From assembly GCA_963666285.1 (NCBI GenBank), contig OY762711.1: a stretch of DNA of 64,000 nt. One strand, given 5' to 3'. Each line of letters begins with the position of its first letter. Within the stretch, counting starts at the first letter, position 1. The notes under the pieces are model-generated. The model was given only the letters and a program-made list of their open reading frames with translations. It was not told the DNA's origin and did not search any database. The stretch is from Sedimentisphaerales bacterium (GTDB lineage Bacteria; Planctomycetota; Phycisphaerae; Sedimentisphaerales; SM23-30). The position numbers were made by a program, and so were the translations under genes. Shown here in pieces: positions 9,823-20,781 of this stretch.

Positions 9823-10068
9823 TCAAGACATCTCTCTTGGCAAAAATAAATAGATAAAGCTGCCAAAAATACCCAAAAACAGTATTAATAAAATACCAAT
9901 AATTCTATTAGTATCAGATAAATTTTTATTTGAAACACAATGAATCAAGGACCAAAGCCAAAGGCCAAATGCAGCAATTCCAATTAAACCTATCAAAATA
10001 ATCATCAGACTCCCGACAGCAAACAATGATGTAGACTCCATATTAAACTCCATTTTCCCTATTTTCAA
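9823..10068 (-). CDS. Small membrane protein, PLDc_N-like
   Basis: LWLWSLIHC...LILFLGIFGSFIY pattern; true start may be a downstream ATG. Confidence 0.6.
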   Translation of the reverse strand: MKIGKMEFNMESTSLFAVGSLMIILIGLIGIAAFGLWLWSLIHCVSNKNLSDTNRIIGILLILFLGIFGSFIYLFLPREMS

Positions 10069-10126
10069 ACCTTATATTAGAGCAATTTATAGATATTACT
10101 TAAAAAGCAATATGTTTTCAACCAAT

Positions 10127-10161
10127 AAAAAAGCAGGCTGGGATTGAGCCGCAGCCTGCTT
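10127..10161 (-). terminator. Intrinsic terminator of rny
   Basis: AAGCAGGCTG...CAGCCTGCTT stem with an A-run on + (U-tract on -). Confidence 0.75.
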
Positions 10162-10187
10162 GAAATTTAGTTTTATAAATTGAGTAA

Positions 10188-11783
10188 TTAGCGAGCGTAT
10201 TCGATACATCGTACTTCGCGGAGCAGGGTAATACGAACTTCGCCGGGATAGGTAAGCTCGTTTTCGACCTGGGTAGCGATATCTCGAGCGATCTTCCATG
10301 CGGTACCATCGTCCACTTTTTCAGGATCGACGATAACACGAATTTCGCGTCCGGCCTGTATAGCATAAGAACCGTTAACACCTTCAAATTTATTGGCAAT
10401 CTCTTCGAGACTTTCCAGACGTTTAATGTATCTTTCAAGAGTTTCACGTCGCGCACCCGGCCTGGAGGCGCTCATCGCGTCAGCGGCGGCTACCAGCGGG
10501 GTATAAGGCGAGGTAGCAGGTACATCGCCATGATGACCGGCAACAGCATTAAGAACTTCTTCGGTTTCACGGAACTTCTTGAGCAGATCAGCACCAATCT
10601 CCGGATGACCACCTTCGATTTCATGATCAACAGCTTTACCAATATCATGCAGGAACCCGCACCGACGAGCCAGGTTGCCATCGAGCCCGATTTCCTCGGC
10701 CATAGCCTGGGCAAGGAAGGCGACTTCGATACTATGCTTGAGAACGTTCTGTCCGTAACTGGTACGGAAATGAAGCCTGCCGAGGTAAGGCAGGAGTTTG
10801 TTGGGCAGCCCATTCATATTAACTTCCAAAGCGGCAGACTTGCCAAGCTCCATAAGTTTATTATCCATTTCCTTGGTAGTCTCGTTGACGATTTCTTCGA
10901 TTCGTGCCGGATGAATACGTCCGTCAACAATGAGTTTTTCGAGGCTGAGCCTGGCAACTTCTCGTCGAACGGGGTCAAAAGCAGAAACCACAACGACACC
11001 CGGAGTATCGTCGATGATAACATCAACGCCTGTAGCCTTTTCGAAAGCACGGATATTACGACCTTCACGACCGATTACACGGCCCTTCATATCGTCACTT
11101 GGAATATCCACAGTAGAAACGGTATAGTCGCAGGTATGAGAAGCAGCATAACGCTGAATAGCGTTCAGTGTAATCTCACGGCTGCGGCTTTCAGCCTCTT
11201 CTTTGGCACGCCCAACGATAGTTTCTATCATTGAAGACGCTTCGTGAGTAACATCACTTTCGATGCGTTCGAGTAGCATTTCCTTGGCCTGATCGATAGA
11301 AATACCGGAAATCTTGAGTAATTCAGACCTCTGCTGCTGCAGAATCGTATTCAACTGGTCGTCTTTATTCTGAATTTCTTTTTCACGATTGCCCAGTTTA
11401 CTTTCCCGCTTTTCGAGATTCTTTTCCTTGGAATTGAGACTTTCCCATTTTCTGTCGACAGAATCCTCTTTTTTACTGAGGTGCTTTTCCATGTCGCGCA
11501 GTTCATTCCGAACTTTAGCAGTCTCTTTTTCGAACTCTTCTCTCATCTTAATCTGCTCGGCCTTGGCCTCAAGTTGAGCAGTTTTCACGGTGTTTTCCGC
11601 CTTAAGTTCGGAATCTTTGATAATTCCCTGAGATTTCAGCTCAGCTTCTTTTATCTGATTCTTGCCAATAGCCCCCATTACCAACCAGGCAACAACAGCA
11701 CCGACAACAGCCGCGATAATTCCCACTAAAACGTAGTTGCCGGCAGACGAAGCGCCCTGTGCCAGTATTAACAAGTTTAACAT
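10188..11783 (-). CDS. rny: Ribonuclease Y
   Basis: TM + coiled coil, KH ([13 protein letters not shown]), HD (LHDIGK), [10 protein letters not shown]. Confidence 0.97.
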   Translation of the reverse strand: MLNLLILAQGASSAGNYVLVGIIAAVVGAVVAWLVMGAIGKNQIKEAELKSQGIIKDSELKAENTVKTAQLEAKAEQIKMREEFEKETAKVRNELRDMEKHLSKKEDSVDRKWESLNSKEKNLEKRESKLGNREKEIQNKDDQLNTILQQQRSELLKISGISIDQAKEMLLERIESDVTHEASSMIETIVGRAKEEAESRSREITLNAIQRYAASHTCDYTVSTVDIPSDDMKGRVIGREGRNIRAFEKATGVDVIIDDTPGVVVVSAFDPVRREVARLSLEKLIVDGRIHPARIEEIVNETTKEMDNKLMELGKSAALEVNMNGLPNKLLPYLGRLHFRTSYGQNVLKHSIEVAFLAQAMAEEIGLDGNLARRCGFLHDIGKAVDHEIEGGHPEIGADLLKKFRETEEVLNAVAGHHGDVPATSPYTPLVAAADAMSASRPGARRETLERYIKRLESLEEIANKFEGVNGSYAIQAGREIRVIVDPEKVDDGTAWKIARDIATQVENELTYPGEVRITLLREVRCIEYAR

Positions 11784-11809
11784 TATATATCTCCTGTATA
11801 TGGTTGTAC

Positions 11810-12266
11810 CATTCGTGCAAGAGAGTCAGGAGGGATAAAGAATGCAAATAGACTGGTGGTATATATCAAGTTCAAGTGCTTAATCAATATAAAGAAGAAA
11901 AAGCGTTAAACAATTCTTTAAATACAATAATTCTGCGCAAATACAGAGCTAAACTACCGAAAACATAAATAAACGGCTAACATTAGGTTAGCATAACCCA
12001 TTTTATGATATAGATTTAGCTTTTTTTCATTATTCATTTATCGAATTGTTCTGCCAGTATGGCAACTTATAAATTTAGCCTGAAACCTGTTTATATATGG
12101 TCAGGGTTAAACGGAACCTGATTGATAATTACACCTAAATTATATCGCCGTAAAATCGGCACTTCTTATTCAATATCCAGCATTCGCTTTGGTTATTATC
12201 AAGTTCTCCTGATATGTCCTGCACGGACACACTAGTAAAAATAAAAAAAATTAACTAATTACTCAT
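11810..12266 (-). ncRNA. Candidate long structured RNA / rny leader (6S-like genomic position)
   Basis: Long-range inverted repeats 11814-11832/12206-12225, 11837-11845/12180-12190 and 11874-11879/12159-12164; upstream TTGACG-N16-TAGAAT. Confidence 0.4.
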
Positions 12267-12272
12267 TATAAT

Positions 12273-12300
12273 ATTCTAATAAAAGCTTGAATTACGTCAA
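12273..12300 (-). promoter_or_regulatory. Sigma70-like promoter upstream of the rny leader
   Basis: Minus strand TTGACG (12300-12295), 16-nt spacer, TAGAAT (12278-12273). Confidence 0.45.
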
Positions 12301-12723
12301 GCGGAATATAAATTCTGTTTAGTGATTATAGCAAAAAACCAGGCTAACGTGTTATTACCCATTCGTTATTATTGATATAATTATAACAGATATCGGATAT
12401 CCTGCTATAAAACCTGAAAAGTAAAGAATTAAAATACTGGTACTACCAAAACCAATTATGACGCACAATGTGGCCAATCGCCAAACTTTTGGTAGTACCA
12501 GCTGTTGATTATGTATCAATCGGTCATGAAAAGAATGGAAAGACTCGTGTATATATCGTGTAAGAGGACCAGTATAATACACTATTTGAGACCGGCAACA
12601 TTTTGCGGTTCGCAATTTACAGGTTTTACATATTATGTGTAATTTAAAGAGATATTGCCGTAAATCCCGAAATACGGTAATATGAGAAGTATGTGAGCCC
12701 AATATTACTTAAGGAGTATTATC

Positions 12724-13320
12724 ATGCATAAATGCTTAATTCTTGCCATTTCGCTGCTAATTATAGCCGGATGTGAAAATAAACCACTAATTGAATGCCA
12801 GACGAAAAACGATCAGCTTGAAAATGATATCGTAAAACTGGAAGAAAAACTAGAGATCTCCCTTAAGGTAATTGACGAAGTCGATGCCAAACATAAGGCA
12901 AAAATCGACCAGTTAAATAACCAGCTGGCAAGTGGTAACGCAAAACAAGCCGAGCTAAATGACGCACTGGCAACAATAAAAGCAGAACTAAATAATACCA
13001 AAATGCTGCTGAATAAAATGGATGAAAAATACAAATCCCTAGTTGCCGCTAACGAAAAATCCAAATCCGACCTGGCTGCCGCTAATAATAGCATTGCAGA
13101 CCTTACCGGAAAGTTAAAACAGGCTGAAGAACAGCAAAATAAGAGCAAGCTGGAGCTGGACCAGGCAATCCAAAAGCTCAATGAAGCGGAAAATAAACTA
13201 AAAGCGGCCCAGAGCAAGGTTGAAGAGCTAACAAAACAAGTAGAAGTCTTGCAAAAAGAAAAGGCTGAACTGCTGGAAAAACTGAGTGAGCAACAAAAAA
13301 CAGAAACCGAGCAACAATAA
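12724..13320 (+). CDS. Coiled-coil lipoprotein
   Basis: SD AAGGAG; lipobox IIAGC; long K/E/L heptad pattern. Confidence 0.8.
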   Translation: MHKCLILAISLLIIAGCENKPLIECQTKNDQLENDIVKLEEKLEISLKVIDEVDAKHKAKIDQLNNQLASGNAKQAELNDALATIKAELNNTKMLLNKMDEKYKSLVAANEKSKSDLAAANNSIADLTGKLKQAEEQQNKSKLELDQAIQKLNEAENKLKAAQSKVEELTKQVEVLQKEKAELLEKLSEQQKTETEQQ

Positions 13321-13349
13321 TAATAGTACAAGTGATTTATACTCCAAAG

Positions 13350-13378
13350 ACCTGGCGAAAAAAGCCAGGTTTTTTTTT
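13350..13378 (+). terminator. Intrinsic terminator
   Basis: ACCTGGC-gaaaaaa-GCCAGGT followed by a T-run. Confidence 0.85.
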
Positions 13379-13732
13379 GTCTAATATCCAAGAATGCATG
13401 GTCGCAATAAAGTGGATTTTCAACGTAAGGCACTATAAGGTAGAGACTTACTGGCAACACAACTTACACTACTGTAAACAATCGGATAGTGAAATATGAA
13501 TAAATATTGAAAAAAAGTATTTAAAGTAATATAATAGTCCTAGAATGAATTGGGGGTATATAAACAGGAGAAAATGGAGATGCATGGAGGCAATAACTAA
13601 AAAATCTTTGTTAGTATTGCCCGGATATGAGGGAGAAAAACACATATCAATTTGTCATTAAATTCTAAAAACATATTAATTCTATAATAAAAATTATTTT
13701 GAAAAAGTAAATTCTCTGCAGAGGAAAAAATT

Positions 13733-16700
13733 ATGAGGAATTCTGGATTATTTGTCGCGTTATTTATTTCACTATTCAGCAGTTTATTATTCGGCGTTGG
13801 AGGAGTTCTGCCCGGTGACGGTTCAGCGGCTACGCCATATGTGATAGAAGATTTACCTGATTTCCAGGTGTATATCGACACCGCCAACTCCGGAACATAC
13901 TGGGCGGCGGGAGTGTATACCAGGCTGGACGCTGACCTGGACCTTAGCGGCGAAGGAGTTTACAGTGCCGGTTTGATCGGACCTTCTTCCGAAAACCAAT
14001 ACCTGGGATACTTTGATGGAAACGGACATACTGTCAGTAACCTGACAATAGTCGGTTCAAGGTATCTCGGATTTTTTGGATATATTGGCGATGGTGCAGA
14101 AGTCAGCAGCCTGGGGCTTGACGCTGTAAGCATAACCGGTTCCGGAAGCACAACAGGGATACTATGCGGAACAAATTATGGTCTGATCTCCGAATGCCAT
14201 TCATCAAATTCCAGTCTAAGCGGTTATGACACACTTGGCGGCTTATGCGGTTATAATTATACAGGCGATATTGTCAAGTCATATGCCCTCAATGTTGATG
14301 TTAGCGGGCATGATTACATTGGCGGGCTCTGCGGATACAGCAGAAATTACAGCAATATCGAAAATTGTTATGCGGTTGGCGCAATAACCGGCAATACATA
14401 TACTGGCGGTTTATGCGGATACAGCAATGATCATAATAATATTATTAATAGTTACAGTGCGTCAATTGTTAACGGTAATGACACTGTTGGCGGTTTGGCA
14501 GGAAACTCATATTATTATGTAACTGTCACTAACTGTTTCTACTACAACTACGGCGGAAGAAACAATGGATACGGTACAGCCTTAAACATCGATCAATTAC
14601 AGGATGCCACATACTTTGACGGATTTGATTTTGTCGGAAACACCGATGACGGTACAAATGATATCTGGGATATAACCACGGGGTATTTTCCAAAACTTTA
14701 CTATCAGACAGATGATGGAGCTGATGCCGGACTGATAATTGCGGCTACAACACTTGCCGGCAGCGGTACAGAAGCGGATCCATTCCTTATTTCTGATTAT
14801 GACGATCTAATGGAATTCAGTGGTAACGCCGGTCTGCGAAACGGATGCTATAAGCTGACAGCTGATATTGATATGCAAGAACTGACATTAACAGAATCAC
14901 TGATCAACCAGGCATTTCTAGGGGTATTTGATGGTGACGGTCATGTTATTAGTAATTTCTCAATTGCGGGCGGAGGCGGCCTTGGATTATTTAAGAGAAA
15001 TGATGGTACTATTACTGATCTTGGAATAGACTCAGCTGAGATTATCAGCTCCGGCAGTACGGCAGGCGCAATATGCGGCACAAATTATTATGGTGTGGTC
15101 TCCGGCTGCTTTGCGACAAACACCAGCATCAGCGGTTACGATAATGTCGGCGGACTTTGCGGTTACAACTACAACAGTGATATTATTAAGTCATATGCTT
15201 TCAATGTTGCTGTCAGCGGGCATGATTATATTGGCGGACTCTGCGGATACAGCAGAGCTAATAGCAATATCGAAAACTGTTATGCGATTGGCACTGTAAC
15301 CGGAAATACCTATGCAGGCGGTTTATGCGGATATAACCATGATCATAGTAATATCAATAACAGTTACAGTGCGTCAATTGTTAACGGTAATGATACTGTC
15401 GGCGGCCTGGCAGGGAACTCATATTATTACGCAACTATCAATAACTGTTTCTACTACAACCTCGGCGGAAGAAATAATGGATACGGCACAGCCCTGAATA
15501 TTGACCAATTACAGGACGCTACATACTTTGCCGGATTTGATTTTGCCGGAAATACCGATGACGGTACAAATGATATCTGGGATATAACCGCGGGTCATTT
15601 TCCAAAACTTTTCTATCAAACAGATGACGGTGCTTATATCAATAACCTGATCACCACAACTACACTTGTCGGCAGTGGTACAGAAGCTGACCCATTCCTT
15701 ATTTCTGATTATGATGATCTGATGGAATTCAGTGGAAACGCCGGTCTGCGAAACGGATGCTATAAGCTGACAGCCGATATTGATATGCAAGGACTGATAT
15801 TAACTGAATCGCTAATCAGCCAGGCATTTCTCGGGGTATTTGATGGTGACGGTCATGTCATTAGTAATTTCTCTATTTCCGGCGGAGGCGGTCTGGGATT
15901 ATTTGCCAGAAATGACGGTACTATTACTGATCTTGGAATAGACTCAGCTGAGATTACCAGTTCTGGAAGTACCGTTGGAGTATTGTGTGGTACAAATTAT
16001 TACGGTGTGGTCTCCGGCTGCTATGTGACAAACTCCGCCATCAGCGGTTATGACAATATTGGCGGACTCTGCGGACATAATTACAACAGTGATATTGTTA
16101 AGTCATATGCTTTCAATGTTGATGTTAGCGGGCATGATTCTATTGGCGGGCTCTGCGGATACAGCAGGAATAACAGCAATATTGAAAACTGTTACGCAGT
16201 TGGTGCTGTAACCGGAAATACTTATGCAGGCGGATTGTGTGGATATAACCACAGCTATAGTGACATAGTAAATAGTTACAGTGCTTCAATTGTTAATGGT
16301 AATGATACAGTAGGTGGCTTGACTGGAAACTCTTATTATAACGTAACCGTCACTAACTGTTTCTACTATAACTACGGCGGAAGAAACAATGGATATGGTA
16401 CAGCCTTGAACATCGATCAATTACAAGATGCCACATACTTTGCCGGATTTGATTTTGTCGGAAATACTGATGACGGTACAAATGACATCTGGGATATAAC
16501 CGCGGGACATTTTCCGAAGCTTAGCTACCAGGCAGATGATGGCGCCAATGCCGGGCTGATAATTGCATCTACAACACTTACCGGCAACGGTACAGAAGCT
16601 GATCCATTTCTTATTTCTGATTATGACGACCTGATGGAATTTCGTGCTAATGCCGGTCTGCGAAACGGATGTTATAAACTGACAGCTGACATTGATATGC

Positions 16701-19693
16701 TGGGGCTGGAAATCAATGACGCATTTGTCAGCCAGGCATTTCTCGGTGTATTTGACGGTGATGGTCATATTATCAGAAATTTCTCTATTGTTGGCGGAAG
16801 CGGCCTGGGATTGTTTGCCAGAAATGACGGCACTATTACCGATCTTGGAATAGACTCTGTTAACATTACCAGTTCAGGAAGTACAGTTGGAGTATTGTGC
16901 GGTACAAATTATTACGGTATAGTATCTGAATGCTTTGTGACAAACTCCAATATCAGCGGCTACGATAATATCGGCGGAATGTGCGGCCATAATTACAACA
17001 GTGATATTATAAAATCTTTCACATATAATGTTAGCATTAATGGCAGAAATAATACCGGCGGATTATGCGGCTACAATCACAACAATAGTATTCTGGAAAA
17101 TTGCTATTCGATTGGATATGTTACAGGCAACGATAAAGTCGGCGGATTATGCGGCTACAATCACAGCGGCTGTAATATCACAAATTGTTATAGTGCATCA
17201 TCCGTATCCGGAAGCTCAAACTATAGCGGCCTGGTCGGATATTCATATTATAATGTTTCAATTACAAACAGTTACTGGAATGTTAACACCGATGGAATAG
17301 ACGGAAACGCATCCGGTGATAACTATTACGGCTCGACCGGAAAGACAACTGCCGAGATGCAGACTGTTGACACATTTGCAGGCTGGGACTTTACCGATGA
17401 TGGCGAGCCGGCGATATGGTTTATGTTTACCGGTGAATATCCGCGACTGAGGTGGGAAGTATCACTGGTGCCGGATGTGACAAACATACCGCAAACCGAA
17501 GCAGAAGCTGCTATTGCCGATGTAAGGCTGACAGTTGGTGATATAACACATGAATACAGTTTCACTATCGTTGAAGATAATATCATAAGCCAGGGTATTG
17601 AGGCGGGTGAATATGTACTTAGATATACACCGGTTGACCTGACAATATCAGACGGACCGGAAATGGCAATAGTACCTGATGTAGTAAACACACCGCAGGC
17701 AGATGCAGTGACTGCAATTACAGGTGTCAAGCTGGTAGTGGGCGAGATAACTCACGCCTATGACTTTGTTATCCCGGCAGGTAATGTAATCAGCCAGAGC
17801 ATAGCAGCGGGCGAAAGTATAATAATTAACACAGAAATAGACCTGGTAATATCAGACGGTCCTGAGATGACTACAGTGCCGGATGTTGTTTATATGACAG
17901 AAGAAAATGCTGTACTGGAGCTGATGACGGCGAAACTGGCCGTTGGAACAATCACGCACCAGTATGACTTGACGGTACCTTCCGGACAGGTAATAAGTCA
18001 GTCACTTACAGCCGGTGAACCGGCGATAATAACAACAGAAGTTGATATCGTAGTTTCAGATGGTCCTGAGATGGTGGGTGTACCGTCCTTGTATGACCTG
18101 AACCTGACCGAAGCAATCGGCATTATAGAAGGCGCTGACCTGACTGTCGGTAATATTACCAGCGGTTATAGTTTTACGGTAGCACAGGGCAATGTAATCG
18201 GCCAGGGCATCGCAGGCGGCGGAACAACAGTAATTGGGTCGGCAATTGACCTTGTCGTATCTGACGGACCGCAGATTGTAACTGTACCGGATGTTGTCGG
18301 GCTGGACCAGGCAACTGCTGAAGCTGCAATTACGGCAGCGGGTCTGACAGTTGGCACCCCTACCATGCACTATAGCGGGACAATATCGACAGGAACAGTA
18401 ATGTACCAGAGCGTCTCGGCAGATGACCAGGTATTGATCGGTTCGCTATTGTCACTGGTAATTTCCAAGGGACCAAAGATGACAACTGTTCCAGATGTTG
18501 CGAACCTGCCGCAGGCTCATGCCGAGGCGATGATAGAGGCAGCCGACCTGTCAGTAGGAACAATAACAACAGAAAGCAGCATGACTATTCCGACAGGCAA
18601 TGTAATCAGCCAGGGAATAGCAGCCGGCAGTGCAGCAGCAGCAGATACCGCAGTTGACCTGGTGGTATCAAGCGGGCCGGAAATGAAAACAGTACCTGAC
18701 CTGGTAAATATGACAGAAGCATCCGCAGAAGCAACTTTAGCAGATGCCGACCTGACAACCGGTACAAAGACATATGAAAACAGCTCGACAGTTCCGGCGG
18801 GAAGTGTGATCAGCCAAAGCATTGCCGCAGGCGAATCGATAGAAATTTACTCCGCGGTTGACCTGGTAATATCAGAAGGCCCGGTAATGGTAAAAGTACC
18901 GAATCTGCGAAATAAAACCCAGGCTGAAGCCGAGGCTGTACTAATTGATGCAGGACTGGTGACTGGCAGTATAACATATGAAATGAGTTATACAGTTGAA
19001 CAAGATAATATCATAAGCCAGACCGCAGCGGCAGGAGAATCTGTTGCAACAGGTTCGGCGATTGACATAGTAATATCCAGCGGTTTAAGCGAGGTCAACA
19101 TGGAGACATTTGCCAAGCTGTCAACATTCTGGATGATGAGCGATTGCAGCGACATTCCGGGCTGCTTGGAAATTGATTTCAACTATGATAATAATATTAA
19201 TAATCGAGATCTGGAACTACTGGCAGAAAACTGGCTATCGACAAGCGGTGCAGCCGTTGCCCCGGTAATTGCGGAATACTTTGAAGGGCTGAACCATTTA
19301 ATTGATCTTGAAGCAGCTGATGAAAACAACTGGAGCATTGTTACTGATGAAGTGTTCCAGGGCAAGTATAGTGCCCAGGCAGCAGCAATTAGTGATAGCC
19401 AGCAAAGTACGATGGAATTTACTGTCGATACAACAGGTTACAACACGATAATTTTTGCCTGCAAAGTATCAAGCGAACAGAATTATGACTACCTGAAATT
19501 CTATATCGATGGTAAGAGACAAGGAAGTTTTTCAGGTGAAATTCCATGGGCAGTAAGCAGTTTTACAGTGACACCTGGCGAACATACCTTCAAGTGGGTT
19601 TACGAGAAAGATGAAACTATCAGCGAAGGAAGTGATACTGCCTGGGTTGACAATATCATAATCTATTATGACGAGAACTCAGTTCCGGAATAA
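13733..19693 (+). CDS. Giant secreted protein: GLUG-repeat modules, 8 PASTA domains, dockerin-like motif, C-terminal beta domain
   Basis: Signal peptide; repeated GGLCG(Y/H)N motifs; G.GTEADPFLI modules; eight VP(D/S/N)(V/L)...VISQ repeats; DFNYDNNINNRDLELLAENWL. Confidence 0.85.
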   Translation: MRNSGLFVALFISLFSSLLFGVGGVLPGDGSAATPYVIEDLPDFQVYIDTANSGTYWAAGVYTRLDADLDLSGEGVYSAGLIGPSSENQYLGYFDGNGHTVSNLTIVGSRYLGFFGYIGDGAEVSSLGLDAVSITGSGSTTGILCGTNYGLISECHSSNSSLSGYDTLGGLCGYNYTGDIVKSYALNVDVSGHDYIGGLCGYSRNYSNIENCYAVGAITGNTYTGGLCGYSNDHNNIINSYSASIVNGNDTVGGLAGNSYYYVTVTNCFYYNYGGRNNGYGTALNIDQLQDATYFDGFDFVGNTDDGTNDIWDITTGYFPKLYYQTDDGADAGLIIAATTLAGSGTEADPFLISDYDDLMEFSGNAGLRNGCYKLTADIDMQELTLTESLINQAFLGVFDGDGHVISNFSIAGGGGLGLFKRNDGTITDLGIDSAEIISSGSTAGAICGTNYYGVVSGCFATNTSISGYDNVGGLCGYNYNSDIIKSYAFNVAVSGHDYIGGLCGYSRANSNIENCYAIGTVTGNTYAGGLCGYNHDHSNINNSYSASIVNGNDTVGGLAGNSYYYATINNCFYYNLGGRNNGYGTALNIDQLQDATYFAGFDFAGNTDDGTNDIWDITAGHFPKLFYQTDDGAYINNLITTTTLVGSGTEADPFLISDYDDLMEFSGNAGLRNGCYKLTADIDMQGLILTESLISQAFLGVFDGDGHVISNFSISGGGGLGLFARNDGTITDLGIDSAEITSSGSTVGVLCGTNYYGVVSGCYVTNSAISGYDNIGGLCGHNYNSDIVKSYAFNVDVSGHDSIGGLCGYSRNNSNIENCYAVGAVTGNTYAGGLCGYNHSYSDIVNSYSASIVNGNDTVGGLTGNSYYNVTVTNCFYYNYGGRNNGYGTALNIDQLQDATYFAGFDFVGNTDDGTNDIWDITAGHFPKLSYQADDGANAGLIIASTTLTGNGTEADPFLISDYDDLMEFRANAGLRNGCYKLTADIDMLGLEINDAFVSQAFLGVFDGDGHIIRNFSIVGGSGLGLFARNDGTITDLGIDSVNITSSGSTVGVLCGTNYYGIVSECFVTNSNISGYDNIGGMCGHNYNSDIIKSFTYNVSINGRNNTGGLCGYNHNNSILENCYSIGYVTGNDKVGGLCGYNHSGCNITNCYSASSVSGSSNYSGLVGYSYYNVSITNSYWNVNTDGIDGNASGDNYYGSTGKTTAEMQTVDTFAGWDFTDDGEPAIWFMFTGEYPRLRWEVSLVPDVTNIPQTEAEAAIADVRLTVGDITHEYSFTIVEDNIISQGIEAGEYVLRYTPVDLTISDGPEMAIVPDVVNTPQADAVTAITGVKLVVGEITHAYDFVIPAGNVISQSIAAGESIIINTEIDLVISDGPEMTTVPDVVYMTEENAVLELMTAKLAVGTITHQYDLTVPSGQVISQSLTAGEPAIITTEVDIVVSDGPEMVGVPSLYDLNLTEAIGIIEGADLTVGNITSGYSFTVAQGNVIGQGIAGGGTTVIGSAIDLVVSDGPQIVTVPDVVGLDQATAEAAITAAGLTVGTPTMHYSGTISTGTVMYQSVSADDQVLIGSLLSLVISKGPKMTTVPDVANLPQAHAEAMIEAADLSVGTITTESSMTIPTGNVISQGIAAGSAAAADTAVDLVVSSGPEMKTVPDLVNMTEASAEATLADADLTTGTKTYENSSTVPAGSVISQSIAAGESIEIYSAVDLVISEGPVMVKVPNLRNKTQAEAEAVLIDAGLVTGSITYEMSYTVEQDNIISQTAAAGESVATGSAIDIVISSGLSEVNMETFAKLSTFWMMSDCSDIPGCLEIDFNYDNNINNRDLELLAENWLSTSGAAVAPVIAEYFEGLNHLIDLEAADENNWSIVTDEVFQGKYSAQAAAISDSQQSTMEFTVDTTGYNTIIFACKVSSEQNYDYLKFYIDGKRQGSFSGEIPWAVSSFTVTPGEHTFKWVYEKDETISEGSDTAWVDNIIIYYDENSVPE
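14080..17200 (+). repeat. Intragenic tandem repeat with a 912-bp (304-aa) period
   Basis: Anchor GGTACAGAAGC at 14765, 15677 and 16589, exactly 912 apart; copies highly similar at DNA level; boundaries approximate. Confidence 0.9.
17468..19085 (+). repeat. Eight tandem PASTA repeats, ~204-bp period
   Basis: VPDV units start at 17468 and 17672 and continue; end approximate. Confidence 0.85.
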
Positions 19694-19801
19694 TTAGAAA
19701 ATTTTTCGGGCTTGAAAAGAACAGCAAAACCTAATATCATTGACATGTATATTAACAGAAGAGTGCTAAAATGAAAATAAAGGTAGATAGGAATCAATGT
19801 T

Positions 19802-20608
19802 GTGATTGACAGGCCACGTGGACAAGATTTGCCTATTCCCCAGGAAGATGTAGAAAAAATTGTAACTCTACTGGGCGATATTGCAGGGATGACTTGCGAT
19901 CTACAGTCGCGAAAATATGCCTTAATGGAAAAAATGAGCGAGATGCTGGAAGCTGACGGCTGGCTGTGGTCTTCAACCCAGGTAATCGAAGAACAGGATC
20001 GCCCGTACTCAGTCGGCGTCATCTATGGCGGATTATCTGAAAGTGAATTTGCCGGGTGGGTTGAAGCATCACAAATGGCAAGTCAGCAGCCGCCTGAAGA
20101 TGTCCCGCTTTCTCACTTATTCCAAAAAGGAGATCACTTTACCAGAACCCGCCAACAGGTAGTACCAGATGACGCCTGGTATAATCACCCGACAGTCCAG
20201 CAATACAGACTGGACCGGGGAATCGACCATTTTCTATATTCGATATATCCGCTAGGCCAGACACATTGCAGTGCAATAGGTTTTTTCAGGCGAGTAGGCA
20301 ATCCATCCTTTACAGATCTTCAGAGACGAATATGTCATATTGTCTTTTCCAATGTCAAATGGATGCATGAAATGTCATTTCCAGATCATAAAGGCGATAA
20401 CTGTAAACGGCTGACACCGCGGCTAAGAACGGTACTGCTCTATCTGCTGAACGGTAAACAGAAAAATGACATTGCCAGCCAGCTTCATATCAGTCCACAA
20501 ACGGCAAAGACACATATTCGCAACATTTACAAGCATTTCTCGGTAAATTCACAAATCGAGCTTATCAATCGCTTTAAGGTTGGCAATGGCGGCGACATAA
20601 CCGTTTAA
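19802..20608 (+). CDS. LuxR-family transcriptional regulator (N-terminal sensor + C-terminal HTH)
   Basis: LTPRLRTVL..LLNG..KNDIA.QL.ISP.T.KTHIRNIYKHF.V.S..EL. Confidence 0.9.
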   Translation: MIDRPRGQDLPIPQEDVEKIVTLLGDIAGMTCDLQSRKYALMEKMSEMLEADGWLWSSTQVIEEQDRPYSVGVIYGGLSESEFAGWVEASQMASQQPPEDVPLSHLFQKGDHFTRTRQQVVPDDAWYNHPTVQQYRLDRGIDHFLYSIYPLGQTHCSAIGFFRRVGNPSFTDLQRRICHIVFSNVKWMHEMSFPDHKGDNCKRLTPRLRTVLLYLLNGKQKNDIASQLHISPQTAKTHIRNIYKHFSVNSQIELINRFKVGNGGDITV

Positions 20609-20730
20609 TATATATATTGTTACCTACTATTTCCCCATTTTTCTCAGCGTTAAAAGTACTTTTACAAGTTTAATAAAGTCGCTATATCGCCAGACATCAT
20701 AATAAAAAATAGTCAATTTTTCGGGAAATA

Positions 20731-20775
20731 TACCCCTACAGGGTGATTGAATTAAGATCTTTAAATACTTATAAT
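20731..20775 (+). promoter_or_regulatory. Sigma70-like promoter with an adjacent LuxR/NarL-like inverted repeat
   Basis: TACCCCT-ac-AGGGTGA (20731-20746) abutting TTGAAT-N17-TATAAT (20747-20775). Confidence 0.6.
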
Positions 20776-20781
20776 TAATTT

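Noticed and set aside
12355..12702. 115-aa minus-strand ORF
   Set aside because: No recognisable motif or SD, non-ATG start, and it lies in the divergent promoter region; probably spurious.
12813..13460. 215-aa Ser/Phe-rich minus ORF
   Set aside because: Antisense shadow of the coiled-coil lipoprotein.
14080..17200. Diversity-generating retroelement template/variable repeats
   Set aside because: No reverse transcriptase in the window; the repeats are in-frame tandem domains and differences are not limited to adenines.
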